DNA of 64,000 nucleotides from Candidatus Heimdallarchaeota archaeon. Lineage in GTDB: Archaea; Asgardarchaeota; Heimdallarchaeia; Heimdallarchaeales; Heimdallarchaeaceae. Under the pieces are notes generated by a model. That model saw nothing but the letters and a program-made list of their open reading frames with translations. It was not told where the DNA came from and ran no database searches. The position numbers and the translations under genes were made by a program. Positions 19,886 to 29,936 of this stretch are shown here, piece by piece (position 1 is the first letter of the stretch; each line of letters begins with the position of its first letter). Location of the stretch: positions 15,825 through 79,824 of the forward strand of contig JABCTC010000015.1 of NCBI GenBank assembly GCA_018238545.1, written 5' to 3'.

Positions 19886-20380
19886 ATGAAAACAGATATC
19901 CTAAATATTGTTGTAGCAGGAATCAGATGGGGAGAAAAGTGGTTATTAATTAATCGTAGTAAAGGAGATTATCAAAAGAAGTGGGCTTTAGTTGGAGGAA
20001 AATTAGAGAAGAATGAAGAATTAAAAGAAGCCATTTTGAGAGAAATTTCTGAGGAAACAGGATTAAAGGTTAAGTGGGAAGGGATTAAAGGAACGTTGAA
20101 TGAAAGATTGATAGAAGTAGAGAAAGAAAACAACGTCAGGCATTTCATAATCATATTATGTCAAGTAAGTACAAAAGAAGGGAAGTTGTCTCCAATGGAT
20201 GAGGGAGAGTTGAAATGGTTCACTTTGAAGGAAATTAATTCAAGTAAGAATCAGATTATTCCTTCCGACTATTACATGATATCAGAACTCTTACTTAAGG
20301 AAAAGAAAACCAAAGCAGTTGAAATAGAGATGGTGCAGAATAAAGAAGAACTAAAGCTAACTAAAATTCATGAATACTAA
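19886..20380 (+). CDS. NUDIX hydrolase
   Basis: GGKLE..E....AILREISEETGL Nudix box. Confidence 0.92.
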   Translation: MKTDILNIVVAGIRWGEKWLLINRSKGDYQKKWALVGGKLEKNEELKEAILREISEETGLKVKWEGIKGTLNERLIEVEKENNVRHFIIILCQVSTKEGKLSPMDEGELKWFTLKEINSSKNQIIPSDYYMISELLLKEKKTKAVEIEMVQNKEELKLTKIHEY

Positions 20381-20389
20381 TACTTTAGA

Positions 20390-21343
20390 TCAGCATAGTA
20401 TTTCTTTCAGTTTCTCTAAACTAATTTTCGCACCACTAATAACTAAAACTACATTTTTCCCTTCAAATTTACTCTTATTATTGAGGTAGGAAGAAACAGT
20501 TAGAGCAGCTGCTCCTTCTATTAACATATGATGGTGCTGAAGCATCAATCTGATTGATTCTTTAATCTCTGATTCTGAAACAAGGATGAAATCATCTACA
20601 TACTTCTGACAAAAATCAAATGTGATGGAGTTCTCTTCAATTCCTCCAGCTGTTCCATCAGATATTGTATCTAAAGAGTCTAAAGTAACAATTTTCCCTT
20701 GTTTTATAGATTCAAACATAATGGCAGAATTAACGGGCTGACAACCGATCACTTCAATATTTTTGTTAATGGATTTTAAATAACCGCCAATTCCGGATAT
20801 CAAGCCTCCTCCACCAACAGGTACAAGGACAACATCTATATCCGCTAATTGCTCAAGAAGTTCTATTCCAATTGTAGCTTGACCAGCGATAATCTCAGAA
20901 TCATTATAAGGAGAAACAAAAACTACTCCTTGTTTTAAAGAGAAATTTCGTGCATAGGTTTCAGTTTGAACACAATCATAGCCATAAAATTCTAGATTTG
21001 TTCCATAGTTTCTGAGAAAAGTAATTTTTGCTTTTGAAGCATTTTTAGGTAGATAGATTGTTCCATCAATATCAAGTTTATCAGTAATATAGGCAAAAGC
21101 TGCTCCATGGTTACCGGAAGAAGAAGTAATAACTCCTCTTTCTCTATCTTCCATTGTGAGAGATAGTATCTTGTTTACAGCTCCACGAATTTTAAATGAA
21201 CCAGTAAGTTGCAAATTTTCTAACTTCAAATAGACCTTATTCTTGCCTTCTTTACTTAGAAATGGAGAATATTCTAAGGGTGTTTTCCTAACATAACCTC
21301 GAATCCTTATTTCTGCTTTTTTAGCCTCCTTTATGAAATCCAT
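20390..21343 (-). CDS. Threonine/serine dehydratase (PLP-dependent)
   Basis: KLENLQLTGSFKIRGA, SSGNHG, PVGGGGL. Confidence 0.92.
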   Translation of the reverse strand: MDFIKEAKKAEIRIRGYVRKTPLEYSPFLSKEGKNKVYLKLENLQLTGSFKIRGAVNKILSLTMEDRERGVITSSSGNHGAAFAYITDKLDIDGTIYLPKNASKAKITFLRNYGTNLEFYGYDCVQTETYARNFSLKQGVVFVSPYNDSEIIAGQATIGIELLEQLADIDVVLVPVGGGGLISGIGGYLKSINKNIEVIGCQPVNSAIMFESIKQGKIVTLDSLDTISDGTAGGIEENSITFDFCQKYVDDFILVSESEIKESIRLMLQHHHMLIEGAAALTVSSYLNNKSKFEGKNVVLVISGAKISLEKLKEILC

Positions 21344-21434
21344 TGCCTCACCATTACTTTCTCAAATATTAAATTCTTTAGGATGATGAAATATAGACGA
21401 TAAAATTAAGAAGTCTGTTTTACTAAAATCAACA

Positions 21435-22271
21435 ATGAAAACTAAGTCCAAAGATAAGAGTAGAACAAAAATCATTTTGCTCGGAACAGGAACACCTAAT
21501 GCCGAACCCAGTCGATCTGGGTCTGCAATTGCTATTATCGTCAACGACGTTCCATATCTTATCGACTTTGGACCTGGAGTTATCCGTAGAGCAAAGGCAG
21601 CAGGAATTGCAGTCAAAGACTTAGAAACAGCTTTTCTTACTCACCTACATTCTGATCACACTGCTGGTTATCCTGATCTCATCTTTACACCTTGGGTTTT
21701 AGGAAGAGATAAGCCACTGAGTGTTTTTGGTCCTCCAGGTATTGAAATGATGACTAAAAGCATTCTAGAAGCTTATCAAGAAGACATAAATGAAAGGATA
21801 AATGGGTTAGAACCAATAAATCAAGTTGGTTATGAAGTTGAAGTGAAGGAGATAGAACCGGGATTAATTCATCAAGATGGCAATATCAAAGTTGAGGCTT
21901 TTAATGTTAAACATGGTTCATGGAAGGCAGTTGGTTACAAATTTTATACACCAGATAGAACGATTGTAATTTCAGGTGATACTGCTCCTTTCGAGGAAAT
22001 GATAGAAGTTTACAAGAATTGTGATGTTTTGATTCATGAAGTTTATTCTATAGAGGGTCTCAAAAACCAATCAAAGGAATGGCGAGAATATCATGTAAAT
22101 GTTCATACTTCTTCACATGAACTTGCTGAGATAGCATCAATTGTAAAACCGAAATTGCTTATCCTATATCATCAACTTCTTTGGGGGGTAAAAGAAAAAG
22201 AACTTCTAACTGAGATAAAGAAAGGTTATAATGGGAAGGTCGTTTCAGGAAAGGATTTAGAAAATTACTAG
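21435..22271 (+). CDS. MBL-fold hydrolase, RNase Z/arylsulfatase-like
   Basis: LGTG.P, THLHSDH, SGDT, HE, HTS motifs. Confidence 0.85.
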   Translation: MKTKSKDKSRTKIILLGTGTPNAEPSRSGSAIAIIVNDVPYLIDFGPGVIRRAKAAGIAVKDLETAFLTHLHSDHTAGYPDLIFTPWVLGRDKPLSVFGPPGIEMMTKSILEAYQEDINERINGLEPINQVGYEVEVKEIEPGLIHQDGNIKVEAFNVKHGSWKAVGYKFYTPDRTIVISGDTAPFEEMIEVYKNCDVLIHEVYSIEGLKNQSKEWREYHVNVHTSSHELAEIASIVKPKLLILYHQLLWGVKEKELLTEIKKGYNGKVVSGKDLENY

Positions 22272-22280
22272 TGAGTTAGT

Positions 22281-23195
22281 ATGAAATACGCAGAAGATCT
22301 AACTGAGCTGATTGGGAATACACCTCTGCTTAGACTCAAACGATTATTCCCTAATTTTGATATTTTTGGAAAATGTGAGTTTATGAACCCCTTAAGCATC
22401 AAAGATCGTCCTGTGCTTCAAATAATTGAAAACGCTGAAAGAGAAGGTAAGTTAAAGCATGGCGATGTAGTAATAGAATGTACAAGTGGAAACACTGGTA
22501 TGGCTGTTGCATTTATATCTGCAATAAAGGGTTATGAAGCTGTTTTAGTTATGTCAGAAATTCAAAGTTTAGAAAGAAGACAGATACTCAAAGCTCTTGG
22601 AGCAGATTTAATTCTAACGCCGGCAGAACTAGGAACAGAAGGAGCAAGACAAAAACTAAAAGAGATTTTACATGAGAACCCAGACTATTTCTATATTGGT
22701 CAACATGTAAATCCATCAAACCCGCAAGCCCATTATTCAACCACTGGTCCAGAGATTTGGGCAGATACTGAAGGAAAAATCGATATCCTAATTGCAGGTT
22801 TAGGAACAGGTGGGACAATCTGTGGTGCGGGGAAGTTCTTGAAGGAGAAAAAGTCGAGTATTAAACTGATAGCAGTTGAACCATTTGAATCTCCTTACAT
22901 CTCGAAAGGGATTTTCCAACCTCATAAGCTGATGGGGACAGCACCAGGGTTTGTTCCAAAAACATTGAACAAAGAGATTATTGATGAAATTATTCTTGTT
23001 AAGGAAACTGAAGCTTTTGCTATGTGTCGTCAAATAGCTGAAAAAGAGGGTCTCATGGTCGGTATATCTTCTGGTGCAACATGTAAAGCTGTAGAAGAGA
23101 TAACCAAAAGGGAGGAAAACAGAGACAAAGTAATTGTGGTAATATTAGCTGATACAGGACAAAGATATCTCAGTGTAGAAGAATTATTTGAATAA
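22281..23195 (+). CDS. cysK: Cysteine synthase A
   Basis: IGNTPL, SIKDR, TSGNTG, GTGGT, DTGQRYLS. Confidence 0.92.
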   Translation: MKYAEDLTELIGNTPLLRLKRLFPNFDIFGKCEFMNPLSIKDRPVLQIIENAEREGKLKHGDVVIECTSGNTGMAVAFISAIKGYEAVLVMSEIQSLERRQILKALGADLILTPAELGTEGARQKLKEILHENPDYFYIGQHVNPSNPQAHYSTTGPEIWADTEGKIDILIAGLGTGGTICGAGKFLKEKKSSIKLIAVEPFESPYISKGIFQPHKLMGTAPGFVPKTLNKEIIDEIILVKETEAFAMCRQIAEKEGLMVGISSGATCKAVEEITKREENRDKVIVVILADTGQRYLSVEELFE

Positions 23196-23520
23196 AGAAA
23201 TATGGTGGGTGGATAAACATTGTTGAGGATAATGAATCCTATCACAAAGCTAGGACTGATTCGATAATTTCAATGATACTTTCCATGTTAATTGTAGCTA
23301 GAAAGAAGAATCTAACATGATGAATACAACTTCTTTGGTGCTTTCACTTAAAGGTGTGGTAATACTGCTGCATTCTTAGTATTTGTCTGCATTTTACACC
23401 CGTAAGTCTAGGAATCAATATCTAGTACTCTTTTTCTTTTACTCAAGAAAGAGAGTTAATATCTTTCCCCCAATAGATTAGTGGAAGAATTTAAAAAGTG
23501 TCTATGGTATATTTTACGGA

Positions 23521-25467
23521 ATGAAAGTAAGAAGAATTTTAGGATTTATTCTAATATTATATCTTACTTTAAATGTAAATGTAATAAAAACCAATAGAAC
23601 AAATCTCGTTCTTCTAAAAATTGATAATCTCCAAACTCAGAGCAATGAACTAACAATATCACTTCAAACTAGTTCACTAATTTTAGATGATGACTCAGAT
23701 TTCATCGCTCTTAACTTACCCGGAAGTGGAACAGAGGGAGATCCTTATGTAATAGAAAACTATCAAATATCCACCACCGATAGAGTACCAGGCATTGATA
23801 TTCGAAAAACAACAAAGCATTTCATTATTCGAAATTGCAAAATTGAAACCGATAGCTGGGGTATTATTGTTAGTGAAATAGCACCAAATACAGCTTCAAT
23901 CATGAACAATGAATTGCTAAATAATGATTACACGGCGATTAGTGTCTACAAATCCCCTGGAATTACAATCTCTAATAATAATTTTAAAAATAATGATGAA
24001 GCCATATTGTTAAAAAAATCAAGCTATTCAGTTATTAGCAATAACTCATTTGAAGGAAATTGGGCTGCATTAACCATATCTGGCACAGATTCATGTAATA
24101 TAGAAAAGAACTTCTTTACTTCAAACGTAAACTCAATGAGTATTACAGCAGTTACAGATTTTATTATCAAGGATAATGTACTTTTGAATAATACAAGAAA
24201 TGGAATAAACCTATATTCTTCAGATAATACTTTGGTTTTGAATAATACATGTAGTGATAGTGGATGGCAAGGAATCCTAGTACGACAGTCACTATTTGTT
24301 ACATTAAACGACAATTCTCTTACTAATGACGGTATTTTGATAGATAATTATTCAGCAGAATATGGTAGTCTCTCAAATAATCAAGTCAACTCTAAAATTC
24401 TTGGTTTTTTCAACAATAAGGATGATTTAGAAATAACGGATCCTATTTATGGTCAGTTAATTCTTTTAGATTGTAAAAGGGGATATATTACTAATCAAAT
24501 TCTATCAAATGCAAGTGTAGGCATCACACTCTACAATAGTGAGAAAACTATCATTATCAATAATACTTGTAATAATAATGATGGTGATGGAATCAAAATT
24601 TATGATTCAGATGAATGCTTAGTTAGTAACAACACTTGTATTAATAATGAAAGAGGAATTAGTATTGCCAACTCCAATTATTGTAATGTTTCGAAAAATG
24701 CCTTGGTTGGAAATTGGCAGAGCATAGAATTTCAACATTCAAATTCAGGCGAGATTAACTTTAACAAGTGTTTACTAAACAAAAACCATGGAATAACGGT
24801 GATGTATTCAGAATCTTTTTTTGTGAACAATAACAATTGTTCAGATAACCATAATATAGGCATTCAAATAATAGATTCAAGATATTTTGTTGTGGCTAAT
24901 AATTCATGTATAAACAATAATAATGACGGAATTTACGTCCCAATAGCAAGCTATTGCATTATCTACAACAATTTCTGCAAAAATAACACAAATGGCATAT
25001 ATGTTGGTCATTCTGGAGAAAGCTGGATACCTGAATATGTGCCTCCACCCCCAGCTGCATATTTTGAAATAGTTGCAAATCAGCTTCAAGAGAATAGAGA
25101 ATACGGAGTTTATCTTGATCGAATGACAGAGGATAACAATATTCACCACAATTCATTTGTCAATAATAGTGAGGAAGGAATAGCACAAGGGTATGATAGT
25201 GGAGAGGGGAATATATGGTTTGATAAAAAGACAAATGAAGGCAATTATTGGTCTAATCATAATGGAGTTGGAACGTATAAAATTGCAGGAGAAGCTAATT
25301 CAATTGACCAATACCCATTAATAGAGCCAAAAAATATAGAAATGCCAGAGATTCCATCAAATTGGACAACTTACCGTACTAAATTAAATCCGCAAATAAT
25401 ATGCATAGGAATAGTAGCATTAGTATTATTACGGCGCAGAAAATCAAAGATTAGCAAAGAAATATAA
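23521..25467 (+). CDS. Secreted right-handed beta-helix (NosD/PbH1) protein
   Basis: Signal peptide, GSGT..DPY.IEN, Asn-rich repeats, GNYWS, C-terminal TM helix with basic tail. Confidence 0.88.
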   Translation: MKVRRILGFILILYLTLNVNVIKTNRTNLVLLKIDNLQTQSNELTISLQTSSLILDDDSDFIALNLPGSGTEGDPYVIENYQISTTDRVPGIDIRKTTKHFIIRNCKIETDSWGIIVSEIAPNTASIMNNELLNNDYTAISVYKSPGITISNNNFKNNDEAILLKKSSYSVISNNSFEGNWAALTISGTDSCNIEKNFFTSNVNSMSITAVTDFIIKDNVLLNNTRNGINLYSSDNTLVLNNTCSDSGWQGILVRQSLFVTLNDNSLTNDGILIDNYSAEYGSLSNNQVNSKILGFFNNKDDLEITDPIYGQLILLDCKRGYITNQILSNASVGITLYNSEKTIIINNTCNNNDGDGIKIYDSDECLVSNNTCINNERGISIANSNYCNVSKNALVGNWQSIEFQHSNSGEINFNKCLLNKNHGITVMYSESFFVNNNNCSDNHNIGIQIIDSRYFVVANNSCINNNNDGIYVPIASYCIIYNNFCKNNTNGIYVGHSGESWIPEYVPPPPAAYFEIVANQLQENREYGVYLDRMTEDNNIHHNSFVNNSEEGIAQGYDSGEGNIWFDKKTNEGNYWSNHNGVGTYKIAGEANSIDQYPLIEPKNIEMPEIPSNWTTYRTKLNPQIICIGIVALVLLRRRKSKISKEI

Positions 25468-25543
25468 GTGTAGCCGATACATCAATCCTAATTTTGCAAA
25501 CTGTTAGAATGCCTTTGCCATTTGAGAAGCGAGGAGATTGTTA

Positions 25544-25720
25544 CTATAATACGTCAAGGAGGTATGGTGAGATTTGAATCTCAAATCTATATTTATCAGT
25601 TTTAAACCTAATTTGGTTTATAACAGAAAGGATACACCACATATCCTCCTACCCCACCCACACTCCGCATAGGAAGTGCTTGTGGATCGCTTTTCAACAA
25701 AATATTATAGGCAACGTTTA
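25544..25720 (-). ncRNA. Predicted omega RNA of TnpB (scaffold overlapping the ORF 3' end, plus guide)
   Basis: 3' CDS nucleotides shared with the other TnpB copies (ggata(t/c)gtg(g/a)tgtatcc hairpin); hairpin at 25568-25588; boundaries approximate. Confidence 0.45.
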
Positions 25721-26825
25721 CATCAGCATTTATTCGTACCCCATTTGCTGATTGAAATACACCTCTTTTGATTCTCTTTCCTTTATAGATAGTGTGTTTC
25801 TTTATTGGTTCATTATCTAAGAAACTGCATTTGGAAGTATAATTCTCTTCGATAAGTACTACTTTGATTCCTTTTTCTTCTGCTTTGTAAGTTATTTTTT
25901 CAATTAGCTCTAGAAAAGGAATCTGAACAAAAAGTTGATTGAATTTTCTTCCAAAATTTATTCTTTGCTTCCAGTTCTTATTATATCCAATTACCAATGT
26001 CCCAATACTTTTTTTGCTGCATTCTTGGATTATGAAACTACTTAGTTTATGAAGTTGATTCAACTTCTTAAGCTCAAACTTTCTCTTTAGTTGATGAAAT
26101 TTCTTTCCATTCGTGCTTAGGTTAGAACTATAGCAGCGTGAAAGTTCAGATGATTTCTTATTGAAATACTGTACAATTGATTTTATTCCTTTACCATTAT
26201 CTTTGACAATAATTGGTCTAGATCCAATATTGTCTACTAAAGTTATAATGTTAAGGTATCCTAAATCGATTGCAGCTTTTCTGCTGCTTGGAAGGCTAAT
26301 AATTGTTAGTTTCTTCTGATAAATAATTTCAATAGTATAACCCACACCTTTTGGAACGACTCTAACTTGCTTTAATTGTACATCTTCATTAAATCTAGTT
26401 TTAACTGTAAAATTGACTTTTTTTGGTAACTTTAAGGTACCATCTTTGCGTATGCGGGCTTGATTTGCAGTAAATGTTGCAGTAAACTGTCCATTTGCTG
26501 ATTTGTATTTAGGTATTTTTGGTTTTGTTTGACCTCTTGAAGGATTATGAGTGTATTTTTTGTTAAGTTTAAAGAACGATGTCCAGTTTTCTCTTAATCT
26601 TCTCAATGTTTGTTGAGCTGTGTGTCCTGGCAAATTCGTATATTCCTTACTGTTTTTCATCAAATCCCAAAGATCAATATAACTTGAAACAAAGCCTTTT
26701 TTTGTAAACTCTTGTCTTAGTAGATAATTGGCTTTATTGTACAAATCCTTGACTGAACGACATAAATTACTTAGTTCGACACTTTGTTTAACTTCAATAC
26801 GTTCTGTTCGATAACAGTATGTCAT
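25608..26825 (-). CDS. tnpB: RNA-guided endonuclease TnpB
   Basis: AIDLG, IGYN..WKQ, EENYTSKCS, NADVN. Confidence 0.93.
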   Translation of the reverse strand: MTYCYRTERIEVKQSVELSNLCRSVKDLYNKANYLLRQEFTKKGFVSSYIDLWDLMKNSKEYTNLPGHTAQQTLRRLRENWTSFFKLNKKYTHNPSRGQTKPKIPKYKSANGQFTATFTANQARIRKDGTLKLPKKVNFTVKTRFNEDVQLKQVRVVPKGVGYTIEIIYQKKLTIISLPSSRKAAIDLGYLNIITLVDNIGSRPIIVKDNGKGIKSIVQYFNKKSSELSRCYSSNLSTNGKKFHQLKRKFELKKLNQLHKLSSFIIQECSKKSIGTLVIGYNKNWKQRINFGRKFNQLFVQIPFLELIEKITYKAEEKGIKVVLIEENYTSKCSFLDNEPIKKHTIYKGKRIKRGVFQSANGVRINADVNVAYNILLKSDPQALPMRSVGGVGGYVVYPFCYKPN

Positions 26826-26875
26826 TCAATAACCATATAGCAGTTCGATATATAATATCAAAAATAAGTGTGGTG

Positions 26876-26953
26876 TGGTGGGGTGGGGCGGATTCGAACC
26901 GCCGACTTTCTCCACGTCAAGGAGATATCATAACCGAGCTAGATCACCACCCC
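26876..26953 (-). tRNA. tRNA-Val(GAC)
   Basis: Cloverleaf; anticodon arm tctcc-ttGACgt-ggaga; encoded CCA. Confidence 0.96.
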
Positions 26954-27313
26954 TTTTGGTAATGTTTTCGCTCGTTCTTTTCAGTTTTACTTTCTTTAAA
27001 TATTTTTTGTTATCAATCTACTTAAGATAATTAACTAAAATTTCACCCTTTTTTGGAAGATGAATCAAAAACAAATGTGTCTTGTTAAAAATGATTTCAA
27101 TTAAAGACAAACATTTAACTTTTCAGTTCCATAGAGTTATGGCTTAAAACAAGAGTGTTCAAGGATGTTCAGAAAAAATTCATTTCATTCTTCTACAAAA
27201 TTTATTCCAATGATTGTATTGATTCATCTAAATCGAGACAACATTTATAAAAACTTCAACGAGAGTTAAACAACGAATAGATAATCTGTTCATACACACT
27301 CGAGTGATTTATT

Positions 27314-29920
27314 ATGGATAAAAGTGTAGCACTTTCACTTAAAATTATCGGAGCAATCCTATTATTCTCAGCAGCATTTATACCGTTATACAGCATTGCA
27401 TTTGATTCTACAACAAATGAACCAGAGCCAATAGTTGCATCAGCTACCTTCAGTATTGCAGGTGGAGCAAATGATGTCTTCTACAAGGATGGTATGATTT
27501 ATATTGCTGATGCGAATGCAGGTATGCTCATTTTTAATGCATCCAACCCAACTTCCCCTAGTTTATCAGGGACTTATACTACTGCTGGAGACAGTAAAGG
27601 AATATATGTTGAAGACGGGTACGCATATGTAACAGACACACTTACAGGATTATTGATTGTTAATGTTACGATTGCATCAAGTCCAATATTGGCAGGATAT
27701 TATAATCTCACAGGAGGAGGTAATGAAGTATACGTAAAAGATGGATACGCATACGTAACAGCTGATACAGGACTAACAATTTTAAATGTAACAGATGTAA
27801 CAAATCCAACGTTTGAAGGAAGTTACGAAACAACAGGCATAGCACAAGATGTTTTCATTTATGGGGGTTGTGCGTTTATTCTAGATGAGACAAGTCTAGT
27901 AATATTGAATGTAACAGATGTAACAAATCCAACATTTGAAGGAAATTACAATACAAATGGTGTTGCTAATGATTTCGTCATACAAGGAGGGGTTGCTTTC
28001 ATTGTCGGCGAAAGTTTTGGTTTATCAATACTAAATGTAACAGATGTAACTGCACCAGTTTTGATGGGTAGTCATGATTTAGCTGGAGATGGAGAGGGTA
28101 TATTTATTGAAAATGGATATGCATTTGTCACCGATGCTGAAACAGGATTACAGATTATTTCTGTAGAGGATCCAACAAGCCCTGAACTGAAAGCATCGTA
28201 TGATATAGCAGGAGTACCCAATAGCATTTACATTGTTAATGAATACGCTTACATTGTAGACGACAGTACAGGATTGTTAATATTCCACGTTAGACCAAGG
28301 GTAAACACCGATACCGCAGGGAATCTTGTTCAAGTTATGGGTTTCAGTATTCAATATAGAACCCTCACTTACAATTCTACAGGATACTCAGCAGATGCTC
28401 AACTTCTTAGTGGAGAAGTTCCTGCTAGTGTTGTGATTCTATCTGCAATTATCTGGTTCTTATTGGTATTTGCATTATTATTTACAGTCTTAGGTCAAGT
28501 TTTCCAAAGTGGGGGCTTTAAGTCAAGAGGTCTAACTGCAGACATTGTTGCAGTAATATTATTGCTTAGTGGATTAATTGCGGCGATAATTGCGATGAAT
28601 CGCTCGCTGTACATTTCTGCAGATACCTACGTAGCAATAGTAGATGGTCAAACAGCATTATCATCTGCACCATTAACATTTAATCCAAATGACAGTTCTC
28701 CTTCCTTCTTTAATATTGAGTTAAACGGATCTATTGGTGCTGGTTTCTATCTATTTACTATCGGAATAATAGTGCTTGTAACAGGAATATTTTTACCTGT
28801 TAACTGGCAAAAACCAATTAGTTCTGAAAAAGTAAGAAAAATGGGAGAAACAGGCATTGTCAAATGGATAAAGAATGTTGCTAACTTGCGTTTAACAACA
28901 TATGTTGCCCGTCGTCTAATAACTCTTATTCCGCTATTTATTGCAGTTTGTGTTCTGACGTTTGTAATGGTAAGCGGTTTAGGTGACCCAGTAGCTTTAC
29001 TGTTACTTGGAAAACAAAGAACTACAGAACAGGATCGAATAAATCTAACGCGAAAATTAGGGTTAGATCAACCAATCTATGTACAGTTCATTATGTGGTT
29101 CTACAACCTCTTACATGGAGACATGGGGGACAGTTTCCAATCAGGTCAAGCAATAAACAACATGATTGGTGGTTTAGTCTGGGAAACACTAAAATTACAA
29201 TTATTAGCATTTGTACTATCATTGGTTGTCTCCATCCCATTAGGAGTTTTAGCAGCTAATAATCATAACACATGGATTGACTCAATGTCAAGCTCACTTG
29301 CATTGTTAGGACAATCAATGCCCATATTTGTCTTTGGGTTAATCCTAATCTACATCTTCAGTGGTTATGGATTAGGATGGTTCCCAGCAGCAAAAGCTCA
29401 TAGAGTACCAACACCAACACCAGTATTCAGTGGCACGAATTGGGACTTATTCTGGGGCGGAGAATGGGCAACGTGGTGGGGCAATCTCACCTTGAGACTA
29501 GGTGACTCTCTCATGCATATGGCTCTTCCAACAGTTACATTGTTGTTCAACTTCATGGCAATATATACAAGATTAGTAAGATCAACTATGTTAGAAGTAT
29601 TGAGACAAGACTTTATCTTAGCCGCAAGAGCTAATGGTATATCTGAGAGAATCATTACATGGAAACATGCTTTCAGAAACACATTGGTTCCAGTCGTTAC
29701 CTATGTAGGGTTGTTTTTGGCTACAGCATTAGCTGGAGCTCCTATTACAGAAACACTCTTCACATGGCCAGGACTAGGATTCAAATATGTATCAGCTATC
29801 AGTCTTCTCGACTTCCCGATGATACTCGGCACGGTAGCAATACTGACGATACTAATTCTGTTAGGGAATCTAATAACTGATATAATCTACGTGGCGGTAG
29901 ATCCAAGAATCGAATTGTAG
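27314..29920 (+). CDS. dppB: Peptide ABC permease (DppB/OppB) with N-terminal LVIVD-repeat extracellular domain
   Basis: About 7 YAYV.D...GL.I.NV.D.T.P repeats, then YVARRL, GLDQP, and EAA loop ARANG...KHAFRN. Confidence 0.88.
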   Translation: MDKSVALSLKIIGAILLFSAAFIPLYSIAFDSTTNEPEPIVASATFSIAGGANDVFYKDGMIYIADANAGMLIFNASNPTSPSLSGTYTTAGDSKGIYVEDGYAYVTDTLTGLLIVNVTIASSPILAGYYNLTGGGNEVYVKDGYAYVTADTGLTILNVTDVTNPTFEGSYETTGIAQDVFIYGGCAFILDETSLVILNVTDVTNPTFEGNYNTNGVANDFVIQGGVAFIVGESFGLSILNVTDVTAPVLMGSHDLAGDGEGIFIENGYAFVTDAETGLQIISVEDPTSPELKASYDIAGVPNSIYIVNEYAYIVDDSTGLLIFHVRPRVNTDTAGNLVQVMGFSIQYRTLTYNSTGYSADAQLLSGEVPASVVILSAIIWFLLVFALLFTVLGQVFQSGGFKSRGLTADIVAVILLLSGLIAAIIAMNRSLYISADTYVAIVDGQTALSSAPLTFNPNDSSPSFFNIELNGSIGAGFYLFTIGIIVLVTGIFLPVNWQKPISSEKVRKMGETGIVKWIKNVANLRLTTYVARRLITLIPLFIAVCVLTFVMVSGLGDPVALLLLGKQRTTEQDRINLTRKLGLDQPIYVQFIMWFYNLLHGDMGDSFQSGQAINNMIGGLVWETLKLQLLAFVLSLVVSIPLGVLAANNHNTWIDSMSSSLALLGQSMPIFVFGLILIYIFSGYGLGWFPAAKAHRVPTPTPVFSGTNWDLFWGGEWATWWGNLTLRLGDSLMHMALPTVTLLFNFMAIYTRLVRSTMLEVLRQDFILAARANGISERIITWKHAFRNTLVPVVTYVGLFLATALAGAPITETLFTWPGLGFKYVSAISLLDFPMILGTVAILTILILLGNLITDIIYVAVDPRIEL

Positions 29921-29936
29921 ATAAGGTGGTCAAAAA

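Noticed and set aside
23200-23500. C/D-box sRNA or riboswitch in the cysK-NosD gap
   Set aside because: TGATGA and CTGA are not in a convincing order or spacing.
26871-26880. cacca duplication after the tRNA-Val CCA as an attR site
   Set aside because: Too short, and no integrase is present.
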